Assembly: GCA_002269645.1 (NCBI GenBank) | Contig: NIVC01003799.1 | Span: 12,315-76,314 of the forward strand | Direction of reading: 5' to 3' | Length of the DNA: 64,000 nucleotides | Source: Macrostomum lignano | Lineage: Eukaryota | Shown here: positions 59,451-64,000 of the stretch, in pieces | How the letters are laid out: each line of letters opens with the position of its first letter | How positions within the stretch are numbered: the stretch's first letter is position 1 | The notes under the pieces: generated by a model | What the model was told of the DNA's origin: nothing | Databases searched by the model: none | Seen by the model: the letters and a program-made list of their open reading frames with translations, nothing else | Translations under genes and position numbers: made by a program

Positions 59451-62400
59451 TCAGCCGACAATTGTACTCTCGTCGTAAGCCATGTTGTGCTTCTGCATTC
59501 CCTGAATGTTCAGGAACTGCAGGTGGTTGGCGCCAGCCTGGGCGGCGCACCTGGCAGCCAGGCTTTTCTGCATGCAGTACATGGCGATGGCGAAGCCCAG
59601 GGCGGCCAGCAGCACCACCGCCAGCACCACGCAGGCGGCGATTGCCGGCAGGCTGAGATCGACGTCACCAGCGGCGCCGGGGTCTGAAGCACCTGAGGCG
59701 TCCTGCAGTTTCAGGAAGCGCAAATTGGCCGCGGAGTCGCCGCTGGACATCGCTGATAGGACCAGTTTGGAGAGCTCGGGGCCGGAGTAAAGTGTGAGGT
59801 CGGGTCGAGACGCGGTCACCAGCAGGTCAGTTCGGGTCAGGTCTGGCTCTCCGTCCTTACTCAGGTGGTAGCGCACAGAGGTGATGAACACGTTGCTAGT
59901 GTTGGTAATGGCAACTAACTGAGTTCGGTACATGTCCAGGTGCTGCGACACCCAGTCCGGGGTCTGCGTGACGGTCAGGACCGCGACCTCGGCGGACGAG
60001 GTGAACCAAACTCGCAGTGTGGCGCTGGATATCGCAGACGCTCTGACAGGATTCCATGCAGAAAGACGTGCAGTGGCTGGGGTGGTCGAGGATGAAGTTG
60101 GAAGGCTCACTAGCGTGACTCGGCCAGCGCTGTCGATGCTCATGAGGCCTCGGTCGTCCGCCACAGAGAAGGCTACAAGCGCATTGTCTCCGTAGTCCGG
60201 GTCAGCGGCACTGACTCTCACAATCAACGAGCCAAACTGGCTGTCGTACGGCAAACTGGCGCTGAAAATCGGCTGAGAAAATGCCGGAACATTGTCGTTC
60301 ACATCGCCAATGCTGATGTTAACCGTGACCACCGAGGCAACCGAGCTTGAGCCGGCACTACCTGAGCCGACTTGCAGCGAATAATCGGCCGTAGTCTCGC
60401 GATCCAACGGCGAGTTGACAAAAATCTCGCCAGTGACGGCGTCGATGCGGAAGGCGTTGCCCGTGTTGCCCAACACAATGCTGTAGCGGATGATGGCGTT
60501 CACCCAATGTCCAAATCTGTAGCGCGCACCGTGCCGACACTCGTGTTGACAGAGACGCTCTCGGCCACGCTGAATGCGTAATTAGACCTGTCGAATACTG
60601 GCTTGTTATCGTCGACGTCCAATATTTGCACCATGACGAACAGGCGGGACTCAAGCGGCGGTGTGCGACCATCTCTAACGGCCAGGTTCAACAGATATTG
60701 GTCCTGCCTCTCGCGATCGAAAATGATGTTGGCAGTGAGTACACCAGTCACTGGGTTCACCTTGAACTGCGGCGTCTCATCGACGAATGCGTCTCCGTAG
60801 AGGATGCCGTAGGTGAGGCGGGCCACCTCGGCGCTGCTGCTATTATCGGCACGCGCTTGCAGCCGGGTGATGATCAGGCCCAGGTACTGCTCCTCCAGCA
60901 CCTGCAGAGTGTTGTTGTCACTGCTGGGTGAAACCCACACAGGTGGCGTCCTGCTCGACTCGAGAATGGTGATGTGAATGGAGCAAGTGGCGTTGTGCAC
61001 ACCATCGGACACAACTCCCGTTAGAAGCATATTGCCCGCCTTTGTTGTAAGAGATTGGGTCGAGGTAAGCTGCCCTGAACTGGAGTTCATAGCAAACAGA
61101 TCCGAGTTGGCTGATGGCTGTAGCGAGTAGGTCAATGTGTTGTTTATGTCTATATCCGTGGCCAAAACTGAAACAAATAAAGTTCCGATGGGAGCATTGT
61201 TGCCCACAGTAGCATAGTAATCAGGCACCAGAAATCGAGGCGCGTTGTCATTCACGTCGAGTATCTGAACATAGACAGGAGCCGATACAAATCGTCTGAC
61301 AGTGGGATTGGCCGGGCTGTCCGAGACTTGCAGCTGAAGCACGATTTGGTTGGTAACCTCCCGGTCAAAATACGCCGTCCCATTTGCGTAGACTTCGGCT
61401 CCGTTGGCTGAGGGCACCAAGAAGAAGCGAGGATCCGCCAGTTGGAAAGTTACGCGACCATAGTCGCCCTTGTCAGCGTCTGAGGCGTTCACGACTCCCA
61501 GGAAGCGATTTGGGCCGCTCAGCGGTGTAGACGGAGCCGGCCGTAGGTCTCAACCAACGAGAACTGGTACTGCGACTGCTGAACTATTGGACTCATGTCG
61601 TTGATATTGTTCAATGTGATGGACACCGTGGCTGTAGCGCTCAGTCTTGGCACCCAGAGTCCACGGCAACAACTGTGAAGTTGGTCGCTTCAACAGCTTC
61701 AAAGTCAAGTCGTCCTCTCAGTGTCACTGTGCCTGAGGAGGATATGAGAAGGCCGAAAGAGGATCATTGACGATATAGTAACCGCTCAGTGGGCCGTCAG
61801 GATCCGTGGCTGTCATACCACAACAAAGCTACCGATTGGTTGCTCTTCATCGATACTCATGTTGTAGTACGGATTGGCAATGTCCACGGCCTGACGAACT
61901 CCGGCGCCCTGTCATTGACGTCCAAGATGGCAATAATGAGGGTGGCCGTCGCTGTCTGGGGAGACGTGGCGTTGAGGTCTGCAACGTGGACCAACATGGT
62001 CACTTCAGACACGATGTCCCGATTCAGCTTGTTCAGAACAGTCACATTGGCTGAAGTGGACTCAAGTTGAACAGAGTCGCGTTGCTGGTTGTGACTGTGC
62101 CGTCAAGCCTCTTGTAGACAGTCGATAGGACAGTAAAATTGAGCTGAGAGGCCGAATCCTGATCCATGGCTGTCATTTGAGTTACGAAACTTCCAACTGG
62201 AGTGTTTTCGTACACCTGAACCAACTTTGGATTCATAAGGAAGTAAGGAAACCGGTTGTTGGTGTCAATGACGTGCACATTGACTTTAAGCACCGCCTGT
62301 AGCCTCGGGCTACCGTTGTCTTCTGCAACAACATTTAATACGTAAACTGGTTGGACATCGTAGTCAAAAGTTGCAGCAGCGGTGGTGTACAGATCTCCAG

Positions 62401-64000
62401 TCGTGTCGTTAATGGTAAATTTACCCTGAGCCCCAGACTGAATGGAGTAGGATACGCGACCGTTAGCAGTGGTCGGTAGATCTCCGTCGGTAGCCTTCAG
62501 TGTTGTCAAATAGTGCGAGCCATTCATCGTCTCTAGCACTGAGAGGCTGACGGGACTGGGCACGGTAAATATAGGCGCGTTATCGTTCAAATCGATGACG
62601 TTGATCACAATCTTGTCGTAGGCCTTGAAGTAGGGCGAAGAAGAGTCCTGAGCTTGCGCATAAAACACGTAGCTCCCAGTCAGGCCTGGGATGGTCTCGT
62701 AGTCCACCGGCCTGGACGCAACGATAATCCCACCCGATAGGATTCTCCAAAGTCCGTCGTAGGTGGTAGCATTTTCTCCACAATTGAGTATTGAACGACG
62801 TTGTTGCCATTAAGAGAGAATCGGCGTCCGTGGCCGACACCTGGAAAATCGGAGAACCGCTGGTCTGACCTTCGTTGATGAAAAACTCGTACGTGCCGGT
62901 CGCGCTGTCAAATATCGGCGGATTGTCATTCTCGTCGAGCACAGTAAAGACAATCGACGTAGAATTCGAATTCCCGGTGCCCTGATTGTCTGTGGCCACT
63001 AGGAACAAAGTGTAACTTGGGGCCAGCTCGCGGTCCAGGCAGAGAGGTCCCTTGCCGGGAACGCCTGTGCAGCGCCGGACGCTGATCACAGCACGAGTCG
63101 GGTCTCTGATCTCGAACTTATCCGCTCCGTTGCCGATCAGCGAGTAGCGAATTCCGGCCGTGCCGAACATCCCGGAGTCTGGATCGGTCGCTTGGATGCC
63201 AAAAGTCAGAGCGGTTCCCTCGGCTGCCAGCTCTGAAACGCTGAAGCTGTAGGAGGAGCTGTTGAACTGAGGACTGAGGTCATTGATGTCGACTAGCACC
63301 ACAGCAATCATGGCACTGCCTGTGAGTCTCAGTCCAGGCGGACTCTTGTCTTCGCGAGCTTCCAAGTTCAATACATAAGCTTTTGTTCCAAAATCATAGT
63401 CGATGGTAGAGTATTCTTCACTCGGATTGAGACCACGGCCAGTTCCTGTCCACTGGCGGGCTCCACCATAAATATGTCTGTGTGGCTGAGCAGCACGATA
63501 GAAAACGACGCATTGACGCCCTGATCCAGGTCCCTCACCGTGAGTGACAATCCAGGCACGGGGCTATTGATCGGTATGTTTTCCGGCATGAAGACGGAAG
63601 CTGCGGTCTGACTGAAAGTTGGCGCCTTGTTGTTGATTCCGTTGACCGTGACGACCAGGGTGGCGTGGCGGTGGTTAGACTATCATTTCCATAAATTTTC
63701 GCTGTCTGGTTAATCACCTCGCTGGCCTTGATAATCACAGCGACGAAGCCGTCGGCAAGCACCGGGTCCGTGTCTCGGTCTAGATCTTTGATGTTGGTTA
63801 CAGTGCCCAGGCCCGAGGTCAGGTTAGTCTCAACTGCGAATAGGCCTCCGGGATTAGTGACCAGAGAGTACACAACTGCCTCGGTTGCCGCGATCCTGGT
63901 CGATCGCTTGCACGATGGTAATAATGGCGCCCTCGAACTGCTCGAAGGTTTGAACGTTCATCGAGGTGACAAAGATTGGCGGCTCATTCTGCACGTCGTT
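59451..64000 (-). CDS. 3' part of a large non-classical cadherin (Cad87A/CDH23-like), apparently one long exon, interrupted by at least 8 frameshifts
   Basis: Consecutive EC repeats (DINDLSPQF, LDENDNPPIF, DLNDNAPIF, LDVNDNAPRF, LDVDDNKPVF, DVNDNVPAF; LDRE, ATDxD) spread over successive ORFs in different frames. A membrane-adjacent segment (VRYHLSKDGEPDLTRTDLL) precedes the TM AIAACVVLAVVLLAALGFAIAMY. The gene extends beyond the right edge. Confidence 0.88.

Overview
Eukaryotic (metazoan) genomic DNA. GC-rich exons are separated by introns that mostly carry their own private tandem repeat array. This style, plus an apparently ATG-less 5' exon, suggests a free-living flatworm such as Macrostomum (inference, not verified). 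I assembled eight spliced or single-exon genes by hand from GT/AG junctions with consistent phases: (+) a Cys-loop nAChR-like subunit with an anion-type PAK motif (6581-12639); (-) an ANKDD1-like ankyrin/death-domain protein (21958-13814); (+) CaMKIV (22513-33711); (-) a GluR0/AvGluR1-like ligand-binding-domain channel with a TVGYG K+ filter (40458-36481, 5' end unresolved); (-) COLGALT1-like (46363-43511); (-) an anoctamin (54268-47852); (-) a TSP1-domain type I membrane protein (57350-56259); (-) the 3' part of a Cad87A/CDH23-like cadherin (64000-59451) with many 1-nt frameshifts, probably assembly errors. The most notable observations are: the K+-filter iGluR-like channel; a 33-bp intronic array copying the receptor's own splice donor 34 times in frame; other arrays built from splice junctions; a CRE array inside the CaMKIV gene; and a likely spliced-leader-donated start codon within a run of five co-directional genes.
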